This document shows, piece by piece, positions 32,103-41,846 of a DNA stretch of 64,000 bases. The position numbers and the translations under genes are program-made. The notes under the pieces are model-generated. The model was given only the letters and a program-made list of their open reading frames with translations, was not told the DNA's origin and made no database searches. Every line of letters starts with the position of its first letter. Positions within the stretch are counted from its first letter, which is position 1. Origin of the DNA: Paramoeba atlantica (taxonomy: Eukaryota; Protista; Discosea); assembly GCA_977017575.1 (NCBI GenBank), contig CDRNVI010000044.1, forward strand, positions 496,001-560,000. The letters are read 5' to 3'.

Positions 32103-33881
32103 TTATTGACTTCCTATTTCAGGTTCTTCGGAGATTGTTGGTAGTCGAAGCGGCGGTAACCGAACTGCAGAGGGCGGCTCGATCTGAATTCCAGACCTCG
32201 ACTTGGTTCTGATCATTTGAAGCCTGTTCGAGACAACGGGTCGTCTCCTATACGCCTGTACATCTTCTTTTGCAAAAACCTTCCAGGACGGTATGGCACG
32301 GGGAAGCACTTTCAGTATTGGAGCCAAACGGTTGATTTGCTCCGTGACCACAGGCCTCGGTTTAATCACAATCTCATTCGCCTCCTTTGTGGTTAAATCG
32401 GTGTTCTTCAACACCTGCGGGTACACCTTGCGAGGCCGCACGTACCACGCTATCTTCCCCGCCACATACGGCAGCTTTCCCTTGTAGTGATTCCACACCG
32501 GGAGCGTCTCCCGGAGTATCTTGTGGACATAAAAATGCACCACCTCCATCAGCATCGTCTCCACCGCATGGTGACACAACACATGCACCACCAACGTATC
32601 ACTCGGGGGAAACAATGTGTTGTTAAACGCCCTATCCGTAGCCCTTGACTTCGCCACAAACCAATTCATCTCCCCACACATCGCCAGCACACTCGCCCGT
32701 TTCATCTGCCCCGTCAACTTATGCTGCCGTCGCTGCGGGGCGGGCAAAAACGCATTCAGCTGCAGCACATCATACAACGCCGCCATTGCGGGGATATCCA
32801 TAATCACCTCACACAGCGCCGCCATCTCCCCCGCCGTGGCCCCGGGAAACAGCCGCGCGACGCGATCCACCACCGCCCCCCGCACCACCGCCTCCCCCGC
32901 CAGCAGGCACTTACCGAAATCCACCGGTCGCACCCACACCCCTTTGCGCCCACACCAGCGGTACACCGCATACAGCAACACGTTGTGCTGCACCAGGAAC
33001 CCCAGGGTGTCGTGGAGCCTCCGCCTCCGCCGGCTGTCCTTCTTGACGTCAAACTCCCGGATCAGGGCGGCGTCGAAGTGGAGGAAGTGCCACAGGTTGG
33101 CGAGCATGAGGGCGTAGCGGTCCGCGGAGACGAGATGGGCGCAGACCATCTGGCGCGCGCGGTGGGTGGGGAGCTGCATGTGGGAGAGCCAGTCGTGGAC
33201 GGGCTCGGCGCAGAGGGCGCAGGTGGCGGCGGGCCAGGTGCGGGCGTAGTAGAAGCGGCGCTCGTCGGGGGTGAGGGCGTGGAGGGGGAGCTCGTCGGGC
33301 TCGAGGGGGGTGGGGTCGGGGGGTGGGGGGTCAGGGCGGTTCGGGGGGGAGGCGTTAGGGAGGGGGAAGGGGTCGTTGTGGTTTTGTGGGGATTCGTGAG
33401 GGAGGGGTACGGATTGCATGTTCAGGGGTAAAGGTTTGTTGTTCATTTCTACGGATTCGTTATTGTTGGGTACGGATTCGTGGTTCATTTGTAAAGATTC
33501 GTTGTTCATTTCTACGGATTCGTTATTGTTGGGTACGGATTCGCTGTTATGGCTGTGGGTTGATAAGGATTCGTTTTTGTTCGTTGGTAAGAATTCGTTG
33601 CCGTTGTTGTTGCTGTTGTTTTTTTCGTTATGGGGTATGGACTTGTCCGTGGAGAGAGAGGTGAGGGTGTCGGTTGTGGCAGAACGGGGGTTTTCATGAG
33701 GATCGTTTGTGGGGGGTTGGGTGGTGGTTTGAGGTTGCGTGGCTGGTTCGGTTGAGAAAGGTTGGGTTTGAGGGGAATAAAGGACTGTGACGGTGTGGAT
33801 AAGAGGGTTTCGTAAGGAGGCGTGGGTTCGACGAAAATGGGTATAGGCGAGTTGTTGACAGAGCCTTGCGGAGGAGTGCAT
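32103..33881 (-). CDS. RNA-editing catalytic complex KREPB-type subunit (C2H2 zinc finger + degenerate RNase III-like domain)
   Basis: Presequence-like N-terminus; CALC...HMQLPTH finger; LLAGEAVVRGAVVDRVARLFPGATAGEM aligns with RNase III LEFLGDAVL...FPxxxEGEL; most acidic catalytic residues absent. Confidence 0.6.
   Translation of the reverse strand: MHSSARLCQQLAYTHFRRTHASLRNPLIHTVTVLYSPQTQPFSTEPATQPQTTTQPPTNDPHENPRSATTDTLTSLSTDKSIPHNEKNNSNNNGNEFLPTNKNESLSTHSHNSESVPNNNESVEMNNESLQMNHESVPNNNESVEMNNKPLPLNMQSVPLPHESPQNHNDPFPLPNASPPNRPDPPPPDPTPLEPDELPLHALTPDERRFYYARTWPAATCALCAEPVHDWLSHMQLPTHRARQMVCAHLVSADRYALMLANLWHFLHFDAALIREFDVKKDSRRRRRLHDTLGFLVQHNVLLYAVYRWCGRKGVWVRPVDFGKCLLAGEAVVRGAVVDRVARLFPGATAGEMAALCEVIMDIPAMAALYDVLQLNAFLPAPQRRQHKLTGQMKRASVLAMCGEMNWFVAKSRATDRAFNNTLFPPSDTLVVHVLCHHAVETMLMEVVHFYVHKILRETLPVWNHYKGKLPYVAGKIAWYVRPRKVYPQVLKNTDLTTKEANEIVIKPRPVVTEQINRLAPILKVLPRAIPSWKVFAKEDVQAYRRRPVVSNRLQMIRTKSRSGIQIEPPSAVRLPPLRLPTISEEPEIGSQ
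33400..33560 (-). repeat. Coding 21-bp-unit repeat (NESxxxN) with an exact 43-bp duplication at 63-bp spacing
   Basis: gttgttcatttctacggattcgttattgttgggtacggattcg occurs at 33438-33480 and 33501-33543. Confidence 0.85.
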
Positions 33882-34123
33882 ATTTTAATAAAATCGGTGT
33901 ACAAGTCTTCAGTAATGCCTTTAACAAAGAGTATGGTTGATGAAAAGTATTGCGTGAAACGCGAATAACTTTATTATGGTTATCAATCATGAATATACAT
34001 GATTTTGTGTTCAATTTACAAAACACCCGCCCATTATGTAATACATGAGCTGTGTATGTATGAGCAACTTCCAAAAGTTCAGTAAGAAGCGGAAAGAGAA
34101 ACAATTTAAGTAGGATTTCGTGT

Positions 34124-34483
34124 TCAGTAGGCAGAAAAGATAGTTTTCGCTTTTTTTGAGACCCATTCACGAGGAAACGCACTGTAGGCAGTTGTTTCTG
34201 CACCATACACCAAGGCGACGATGTCATAGACGTTTTCAATCCAGTGTACGAAAGCAGAGAGCGCAGGTCGACCACGAAAGTCCTTACTACGGCTGTATAA
34301 GTCTTTTTCAAAAATGTCGGCCAAGGAATTAAAAGCTTGATTGACGGAGGCTTCCTGGACGTAGCTGCGAGTGGAGGAATTCTCTGTAAGCTGCACGAGA
34401 ATTACCGTGTGGTTTCCAGAGCCCCGCTCTTGCCCGTGTCCTCTTTCTATGTGGTGAACGGATGCAAAGCGATCAGCGGGCAT
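34124..34483 (-). CDS. ERH: Enhancer of rudimentary homolog
   Basis: HTVILVQ...RSY...SVNQA...IFEKDL...DIVALVY...AY...EWVSKK aligns along its length with ERH HTILLVQ...RTY...ESVNEC...DLSCLVY...DWIKEK. Confidence 0.85.
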   Translation of the reverse strand: MPADRFASVHHIERGHGQERGSGNHTVILVQLTENSSTRSYVQEASVNQAFNSLADIFEKDLYSRSKDFRGRPALSAFVHWIENVYDIVALVYGAETTAYSAFPREWVSKKAKTIFSAY

Positions 34484-34743
34484 AAATAATTAATGCGAAA
34501 GTCGTCTTAAGGAAAAAGAAAACGTATATTTTGCGAAACAAGAATTAGAAACAGTGGCAAAGCTGGTAAACGCTGACTTGCATTTTTTGTTTTCACAGGC
34601 ATTGAAAAATTCATAATTTTTAAAAATTTCAAGGGGTATAAAGAATTGTCCAATGTTGATCAACGATTAGAGCTGTAGCTTGCAAAAGAAATTCAGCACA
34701 CGTGTAAATTAGTATCATACAAGCACCTTTTTCTGGGAGAAAA

Positions 34744-35082
34744 CTACTGCCAATGCAGGGTTTTGCGGCCTGCTTGCAATTTTTGGAACTCATCAGAAGG
34801 AAGGGACCAGACGTAATTCTTAACGGATTTCAAGGATTCCGCTTCCATAAGCTGTGAAGCTTTCTTAATTTCGCTTTCTGCTTGATCTTGCAGATCCATG
34901 CGACCTCGCGTACACAAATGGTCAGCGACGACGGTTTTCTCGGTCATGGAAGACAGAAGGCATAATGCACCAACAACCACGCCGGAAGAGTATAAAGGCC
35001 ACAGTTGCTCTTCAATGCGCTCGTAAAGCCAAAAGCCAGCCGTAAGAGTTTTACGCACGAAAGCAGAATCCGTTAGACCCAT
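34744..35082 (-). CDS. Tom22/ATOM14-like mitochondrial outer-membrane translocase subunit
   Basis: 112 aa with a single TM segment LWPLYSSGVVVGALCLLSSMTEK followed by a helical domain, a Tom22-like layout; assignment by eye. Confidence 0.5.
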   Translation of the reverse strand: MGLTDSAFVRKTLTAGFWLYERIEEQLWPLYSSGVVVGALCLLSSMTEKTVVADHLCTRGRMDLQDQAESEIKKASQLMEAESLKSVKNYVWSLPSDEFQKLQAGRKTLHWQ

Positions 35083-35309
35083 AAAAATAGTATAAGAAAT
35101 GTAGCAAGTATAATACTAAACGAAGACTAAGGTAGGATGAAGCTAAGATACAAAAAGACACAATACGAACCTTTCACACCCAATAGAAGTATTCGACGCT
35201 TAAATCTTACTTGTGTTGTGGAGTGCCTCTTTGCGTTCTAAAACTTACCATACAGCACAAACGTATAGCAAGCAAGCAAGCAGAACACGCTAGAACATAT
35301 TTGTGTAGA

Positions 35310-36020
35310 TCACTTAAATTTTGCATGTTGTGCTTGTAAAATACCAATAATAAGAGCAAAAATACCAAAAGCACTTGCAAAGATCTCCATCACGAGCACG
35401 TGAACGAAGAGAGCCGGATTCGCCGCATCCGCTATCGCACATGCCGAGCCCAATATCCCCACCGCAATACCACACGCGAGATTCCCCAACCCCACCGTGA
35501 GTCCGGAGCAGAACAACATGTACCCGCTTGCCGTAGTCTGCGGGGACATCGCGGATGAACTGCTCATCGCATCCGTGAGGCTATTCTCCCGGAGTTCCAT
35601 TTTACTGGTGTGCACAATCGCGACAATCACCCCGTAGATCGCTACGGCCTCACAAAAAATAACCGAAATTAAATTTTTCGATCGAATGTGAGGCGCACGA
35701 ATCGAGGCCCCCGCGATGGAGGAGCCCGCGGTAAAAATACCCCACGCGGCCCCGAAGATGGAAAACCCCACCGCGAGACCTGCGCCTGTGGCTCCCCACA
35801 CGTAGGGGTTAGCCGCGGCGATTTGACTCAGCGCTAACGCAAGATTCGGGTAGTACGAGCGCTGGAGTAGCGCTGCGAAAAAGTACAGCACGAGTAACAC
35901 GTAGAGGGGGTAGGTGAGGGTACGCACGAAGAGTGAGGTGATCTCATCCCGGCTACTCGGGGGATGAATCGACTCCGTGATGAGGCTGTGGGTGTCGAGG
36001 TCGGTGGGAGGGGAGGCCAT
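35310..36020 (-). CDS. VMA16: V-ATPase proteolipid subunit c'' (Vma16/ATP6V0B)
   Basis: FSIFGAAWGIF, RSKNLISVIFCEAVAIYG, GLGNLACGIAVG and VMEIFASAFGIFALIIG motifs. Confidence 0.95.
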   Translation of the reverse strand: MASPPTDLDTHSLITESIHPPSSRDEITSLFVRTLTYPLYVLLVLYFFAALLQRSYYPNLALALSQIAAANPYVWGATGAGLAVGFSIFGAAWGIFTAGSSIAGASIRAPHIRSKNLISVIFCEAVAIYGVIVAIVHTSKMELRENSLTDAMSSSSAMSPQTTASGYMLFCSGLTVGLGNLACGIAVGILGSACAIADAANPALFVHVLVMEIFASAFGIFALIIGILQAQHAKFK

Positions 36021-36088
36021 GGGGTGGAAATGGGGATGGTTCTAGTAAAAGTGAGGAAACATGAGATGCGGTTCGTATATCAGGGTTA

Positions 36089-37242
36089 GATGGATTATCA
36101 TATTCAGTGCACCAAGTTATCATATCCAGTGCACCAAAAGTACATTTTTACAATTTCAATTTACATATTCAACTTACTTATTCAATTTAGGCATTTCTAT
36201 TACTCAATTTTTTTCCTACCTTCGTTATGACAAAGTATAAGCGGCTCAGCGAAGGAGAGAGACGCACAATACAAGAGATGTTCGAGGCGGGGGCCACGCG
36301 ACGTGAGATCGGCACGGCTATCGGAAAATCACATAGCACCGTTAGCCGTGAGCTGGCCCGAAACAAAAAACGGGGTCGGCGGTACGAGGCCAGCCGTGCT
36401 CAGAGAGAATCCAAGAGACGCTTGGAAAGCAAGCCCGTGCGCCCTCGCATGATCTCTGGGCCCGTGGAGCGCCACATCAAGGAGCGCTTAGGGCAGCTTC
36501 AGTCCAGAACAGGTTCCCAACACTTTAGTTGTTGGGACGCAAGCTTCGCCGTCTGTGGCTACTATTTATCGCCACGTGGCACGTGATGGCGTCGACCCAA
36601 CCGCGGCCGATCAACGATCCCCAACAGAGTCTCCGTCCGACTTCGCCCTCAGATAGTCAACAAGAGGCGTCGGTATGGGGATTGGGAAGCAGGCATAGTG
36701 GAAGGGCATAATCACTCACGTTACATTTTGACCTTGTGTGAGCGGAAGAGCCGATTCCTCGTTCTGCGTGTTCTGCGATCGAAGCATGCCGAAGAAGTGG
36801 CGAATCAAATCATCAAGGGATTAATAAAGTACAAAACTTTTACTATCACTTATGACAATGCAACGGAATTTACAAAGCATCAAAGAGTGAATGAAAAGCT
36901 GGGCTGTAAATCCTTTTTCTGTGCCCCGTATCACTCGTGGTAAAAGGGGGCGGTGGAAAATTCAAATGGTCTTACCAACATTCGCCAATATCACAAGGCG
37001 AGTGAGTCGTTTGAGACACTGAGCCTCAAAGAGGTGAACAAGACAATGAAGAAGTTGAACAAACGGCCCAACGGGCAAACCATTGAAAAATATACCAATC
37101 ATCGTACTAGGTTCATTTTTTTTAATATTCTTGGTGCACTGGATATGAGAAAATGTTTGACACCTGGAACGGGATGTAATTTTCGCGTTTTTGGTGCACT
37201 GGATATGCGAAAATGCTGGTGCACTGGATATGGTAATCCAGG
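36089..37242 (+). mobile_element. IS30-family element, copy 1, with terminal and subterminal inverted repeats
   Basis: Left CATAT(C/T)CAGTGCACCAA at 36099 and 36121. Right TGGTGCACTGGATATG (core of the repeat) at about 37132, 37192 and 37217, ending GTAATCCAGG at 37242. Encloses an IS30 transposase pseudogene. Confidence 0.9.
36227..37090 (+). pseudogene. IS30-family DDE transposase pseudogene
   Basis: HTH YKRLSEGERRTI...GKSHSTVSRELARN; SPEQV...TIYRH; GDWEAG (IS30 GHWEGD with D to G); LTLCERKSRF; TITYDNATEF; FFCAPYHSW*KGAVENSNGL; KLNKRP. Frameshifts and an in-frame TAA. Confidence 0.92.
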
Positions 37243-37390
37243 TTATCCGTATGCAATCAAATAAATTTTAAAAATTTAAGAAGTACGAATTGCTTTGGAA
37301 AATAATGGCGCAAGGGAGACTAGGCACTGAAGGTTCGCTAGGTCAAAGAGAAATGGAAAGAGGAGCATTTACTAGGTACATCAGGGAATG

Positions 37391-38071
37391 CTATTTTGAT
37401 TTTAGGCGAGCTAGCTGCTCCTTTAACTGAAGCAACTTTTCTAAGCCAGGACTCAGACCCGATGGTTTTAGATTACCAGTTTTCGCGGAAAACTTCGACT
37501 TCTTAATTTTCGATGAAGTAGCATCGGATGAGAGCGGTAGAGGTGACACAGCCTCCCTTACAGTATCCTCATCGAATCGCGCAGTCGAGTTTTCTGCAAC
37601 AGAATTCGCATCTAGGTATTCTCCGTCATCCGCCATATGGGGTAGGTATTCTGTCAATCCAGGTTGAGGCAATTCTCCGCTAAAGATAGGTAGTTCATTT
37701 TTTGTAGATACCAAAGTCTCTGTCTCTTCTTCCCGAGCCTGTTGTCGGCGAATCGACCAATGTGTTTGAGCAATCTGCACGTTAAGCCCTTGATTCATGC
37801 GACCGCGTGTGTACTGGGATTGTCTGTGCGAATTTTTCCACGACCATCGAAGCCCAGTGAGTTTGTTTACGGATGAATTAGCTTCCATCTCTGTGGAACA
37901 AGAGACATGTGCGAAGCCACGACTGGTTCCATCTCCATACCCATTCTGTGCGATTTCAATGTCATGAATTGGGATGTCATGTGAAGAAAAACACTCGATC
38001 AATTCGCTCTCGGATACATGCTCCGGAAGATTCCCAACGTAGATCCGGCGAGCATCGTAGGCGATAGGCAT
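37391..38071 (-). CDS. Single-RRM RNA-binding protein
   Basis: RIYVGNLP (RNP2) and RGFAHV (RNP1). Confidence 0.8.
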   Translation of the reverse strand: MPIAYDARRIYVGNLPEHVSESELIECFSSHDIPIHDIEIAQNGYGDGTSRGFAHVSCSTEMEANSSVNKLTGLRWSWKNSHRQSQYTRGRMNQGLNVQIAQTHWSIRRQQAREEETETLVSTKNELPIFSGELPQPGLTEYLPHMADDGEYLDANSVAENSTARFDEDTVREAVSPLPLSSDATSSKIKKSKFSAKTGNLKPSGLSPGLEKLLQLKEQLARLKSK

Positions 38072-38378
38072 GTGTATGTTGCGTTACAAAAAAAGGCCGA
38101 TGGAAAAACAAAATTGTCTTCTAGACATGAGAGATTTTTTGCCATTTACTTCCTTCATGTTTTTTTGTCTTTACAGCGAGCGCTTTTTAAACCTTCGAAA
38201 CCTACTGGAATATTACTGTACACAAATACAGTGTAGTTTAATACAACAACGTCATCAGACATTGATAAATTACCTCGACATGGGTAAAACACCTCGGTAT
38301 ACTGTAGAAATGCGGTTACAAGACTATGCCCTTTCCCGAATTGCCGTCTGGAGAGATACCGAAAGCAAACAGCGTGTA

Positions 38379-40856
38379 TTACGGTGTGGTTGATACGGGT
38401 CTTGCATCACCTAAAATATCAGCAAGGTCAAGGGGAGAAGCGCCTACCTTTAAGCTTGAATTCCTAGAACACGTTCGATTTCGGATCCTATTTTCCGAGA
38501 AACATTCTATCACATTTTCAATTCCAAGCATTCCAAGGGATCGCCTTATTTGTGACTTAGAAATCTTATCCAACGAGTCCGCATTTTCTTGAATAAAACG
38601 GAGAAGGCATTCAGGCGGCTGAATCTCAAGTGCAGCATAGCCATACAGAGCCGCACGTACATGTGCCGTGTGGAGACCTGTAACGCTGAGGCGTTCAAAA
38701 GTCTGCGTCACACACTGAATCAGAGGAATATTTTTGTAATTCAATCTTCCAAGCGAATATACGATTGTTGCGGCCTCGAATTCTTCCATATGCCTTGAAT
38801 GAGCAACGAAATCCGAGAGGACCTGGAGAGCTGGAAGGTGAAAAATTTTCGCTCTTGCGAAAGAAGTTAGAATTACAGCAACTTCTTTGTCTGTCGGAGC
38901 TGGGGGAAGTCTTCTGGGACTACTCGCCTTTTGCAGCCACATTTTAGAAAGGTAGTCTCCAACTATAGTATAGAACTGGTGAACATCATGATCGACGGGC
39001 CCGAAAAGTTTGCCGGCAGCAAGCATTACAATAGCGACATGGCCAACCTCATAGGAGGATATGTGCGATGAAATGTAACGCAACATATTTCTTTGTGGTG
39101 TTAAAGGTTGACCAGCTGGTTTAGAAACTGCTAAGTTAGCCTCTCGAGACAGGCTGGGCCCCGTTCCTGATGCGTTACCGTTCTGAATTTTATGGAAGAC
39201 ACCATGTAAAGTACATAGCGCATCAAATATCATTACAAGTTCTCTAGGTCGAAAGACGTGCAATGATTTGCTTTCCATAACTCTTCGCAACTGTTGCAGA
39301 AGCGGTATCATATAAAATTCTTGCGAAAGACCTGTTAATGCCTTGAACAGTATTGCAAGACTGAGTGGCTCTAGTGCCTTGGAAACGATAAAAGCCCGAG
39401 CCAGCAAGCCATCTACGAGATCGTTAGAACATAAAATACTTCCACGAGGCAACTTAGAAACCGCGTAAAGCGATTGCACAACATCGCGTGCGGGGAGCTC
39501 CCCATCAATCTGAATTTGTAGAGCTTTGACGAGTCCTGACTTAAAGTCGTCACACCAATATTTTGACTGGCTCGGTGCACAAGTTATGACAGAGATAACT
39601 TGCTTTTGAGATAGTACTGTTGAGATGCATTTCGATTCTGAGTTGATACACTTCATAAATATGCGCGAAAAAGTGGTAAATACTGTACCGGCTTCTTCCG
39701 CGCTCACGTCCATTCGATGTAAGGACACAAAAGCCTTTGCGATGGAGGAGCATAATGCTGCAAGGTCGGAGAGAAATATCCCATGAAGTTTAGTATCATG
39801 GGCTACATTATCTTTAGAAATCGATGAGCAATATGCCTTAACCAATCCTAGAGCGGATTCCCCCACTTCAGCAAGGCTCTTACCAGGAAACCGAGAAAGC
39901 ACGTTGAGTAACCCACACAGATCCTCGAGCGAGAGAGCATGACGTTGAATAAAACCGCTGAAACGAGTAAAGGTAACTCGCAGAATTCTTTCTGCAGTGT
40001 CTCGAAGCCCGATCACTCTTGGATCATATTTAATATTCGTCTCGTGCTGCAACCGGACACAACACCAAAGCAATCGTGTTAGCAGTGACGGAGACAATTC
40101 CCCACAATTTTCCGCTGCGGTGTGAAAGAATGTTTGAATCAGATGCGCATATTGCACTGAAGTCAGTAAGTTGGCCTGAGAAGGGACCGAAGGGTTCAAA
40201 ATTGTTAGAGCCGTGGTTGAAGCAGGAGCCTTAGAGAGTTCCAGTGTATCCCAAAGCATAGTTACAACGTCGCCGGATACCAAATTCGCTATTTGTAGTT
40301 CAATATGACGCACAAAACGAGGAAGTAAGCATATAATATTCAAGTGAAGAACGATGCCGTACAGGCGGACAAGTTCGACACCTGCTACTTCCTGACTGAT
40401 GCTCTCAATTTGTGGTATCAAGACTTCCATAACAAGCTTATTGGCAGCTGAAACACTATTCTTCTCACAAAGTCTTTTCGTTATTTTACACGTGTTGGTG
40501 CTTACTAGTAAGGCGGTTAGTGCAACCAACATTAGTCGTTCTCGAACTGTTTTCCCGTGCCATGTATTGGCTTCTCCTAATGTCGTAATGCAGGAAATTC
40601 TCTTCTCGAAAGGAATCTGTACAGAACTACTGTTGGCCACAAGTTCGCACACATCCTCGAATGGTGTATTAAGAATACCTATACTTCTTGAAAGGTTATC
40701 GATTATCGATGCCCCGCATCTGGCTGAGCATGTTGAGTAAGAACGAGCCAGATGCCTCACGTGAGAAATAGGAAGTGCTGGATCCGCATTAACCAAGAGA
40801 CGGAACGCCATTGATTCGGTGGAATGGCCCGCCAAGCGCACGAATTGAATAACCAT
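38379..40856 (-). CDS. Helical-repeat protein (FASTK/RAP/RESC-like), possibly a mitochondrial RNA factor
   Basis: 825 aa with roughly 35-40-aa repeats such as FRPRELVMIFDAL, EVGHVAIVMLAAGKL, DKEVAVILTSFARAK and EAATIVYSLGRL. Confidence 0.5.
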   Translation of the reverse strand: MVIQFVRLAGHSTESMAFRLLVNADPALPISHVRHLARSYSTCSARCGASIIDNLSRSIGILNTPFEDVCELVANSSSVQIPFEKRISCITTLGEANTWHGKTVRERLMLVALTALLVSTNTCKITKRLCEKNSVSAANKLVMEVLIPQIESISQEVAGVELVRLYGIVLHLNIICLLPRFVRHIELQIANLVSGDVVTMLWDTLELSKAPASTTALTILNPSVPSQANLLTSVQYAHLIQTFFHTAAENCGELSPSLLTRLLWCCVRLQHETNIKYDPRVIGLRDTAERILRVTFTRFSGFIQRHALSLEDLCGLLNVLSRFPGKSLAEVGESALGLVKAYCSSISKDNVAHDTKLHGIFLSDLAALCSSIAKAFVSLHRMDVSAEEAGTVFTTFSRIFMKCINSESKCISTVLSQKQVISVITCAPSQSKYWCDDFKSGLVKALQIQIDGELPARDVVQSLYAVSKLPRGSILCSNDLVDGLLARAFIVSKALEPLSLAILFKALTGLSQEFYMIPLLQQLRRVMESKSLHVFRPRELVMIFDALCTLHGVFHKIQNGNASGTGPSLSREANLAVSKPAGQPLTPQRNMLRYISSHISSYEVGHVAIVMLAAGKLFGPVDHDVHQFYTIVGDYLSKMWLQKASSPRRLPPAPTDKEVAVILTSFARAKIFHLPALQVLSDFVAHSRHMEEFEAATIVYSLGRLNYKNIPLIQCVTQTFERLSVTGLHTAHVRAALYGYAALEIQPPECLLRFIQENADSLDKISKSQIRRSLGMLGIENVIECFSENRIRNRTCSRNSSLKVGASPLDLADILGDARPVSTTP

Positions 40857-41145
40857 TATGGAAACCTCGAAATCTTTCTCGCAGGCAAAATTGTTGCGAT
40901 TTGAAACCTATAAGCAACAGGATTTCAGCACAGTATTTTTCGCCGTAGTCAAGGAGTCCACATATCAGAAAAATGAAATGTCATAATAAATGTAAAAATA
41001 TTTATATTTCATGCATTTGTGTCGATAATATGAAACAGTTTTTAATACTAAAAGAACCTTTTGGTATTATTGAACATGTAGTAATATAAATTCGCACGAC
41101 AGAAATAATTGTAGAAATGATGGAATTAAACATGAAGTTTAAATA

Positions 41146-41252
41146 CCGTAGGCGCCCCAGTAAGAGAATGGGTTTTCGTCAAAAAGGCCTAATCTCTCTG
41201 CCTGGAGGTCAGCTCAAAAAGGGAAAAATCTCTCTTACTGGGGGGAGTGCGG
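41146..41252. mobile_element. 107-bp MITE with TA target duplication
   Basis: TA|CCGTAGGCGCCCCAGTAAGAGA ... TCTCTTACTGGGGGGAGTGCGG|TA; imperfect terminal inverted repeats. Confidence 0.65.
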
Positions 41253-41446
41253 TAGTTTAAGAGGTCCTCTATCTAGAGGACACATTCTCGAAAATAGAAC
41301 AAGGAAAGGATGAAACAAAACAAATGAAACACCACCCTCATCATTCATCCGTATCCGACCGAAATACGGACTTGCACGAGGTTTACGCTTTGTTTGCTCA
41401 AGAAGCAGAGACGCACTCATCGAAGGAGTTCTGGAGAGCATCATTC

Positions 41447-41485
41447 CTGCAACCATAAAGATACAGTTTCTGTACTCTGCTATTG
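41447..41485 (+). other. Degenerate spliced-leader exon-like sequence
   Basis: ctgcaaccataaagatacagtttctgtactctgctattg contains ACAGTTTCTGTACT...TATTG, the conserved 3' half of kinetoplastid SL exons; no GT donor follows. Confidence 0.45.
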
Positions 41486-41846
41486 ATTCCTTTAATGCTA
41501 CTCAACGTATTATTTTGCATGGGCGTATCGGTTTATGCGTAACACAAAATTTCCTGGGAGCACTTCAAGATGGACAAACGGCCGTAATTCCACAAGATCT
41601 TCCACCGGACTTCAGCGCGCAGATGACATCGCTATCAGCATCACGAATTCTATTAGAATTTTTAAAAATGATAAAAACCTATGAAAATCTAGCATAGAAT
41701 AAATTGAGACACTTGATTTCGATATACTTAGAGGTACATGTATTGTACTAATACTGCGTGCATCTACCAAGCCTGGTGAGTGATTCTGCAGTGTGTTTTT
41801 GGTTCTATTCGTCTTCTTAGAAAAACTGTTTGTTATGAAATTGGAT

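Noticed and set aside
33694-34311. 205-aa minus-strand ORF
   Set aside because: Overlaps ERH and the KREPB-like gene in other frames; no motif.
36081-36091. TTA flanking IS30 copy 1 as a Zator-like TWA target duplication
   Set aside because: Not reproduced at copy 2 or the solo end, and the termini start with CC rather than GG; the target duplication is unresolved.
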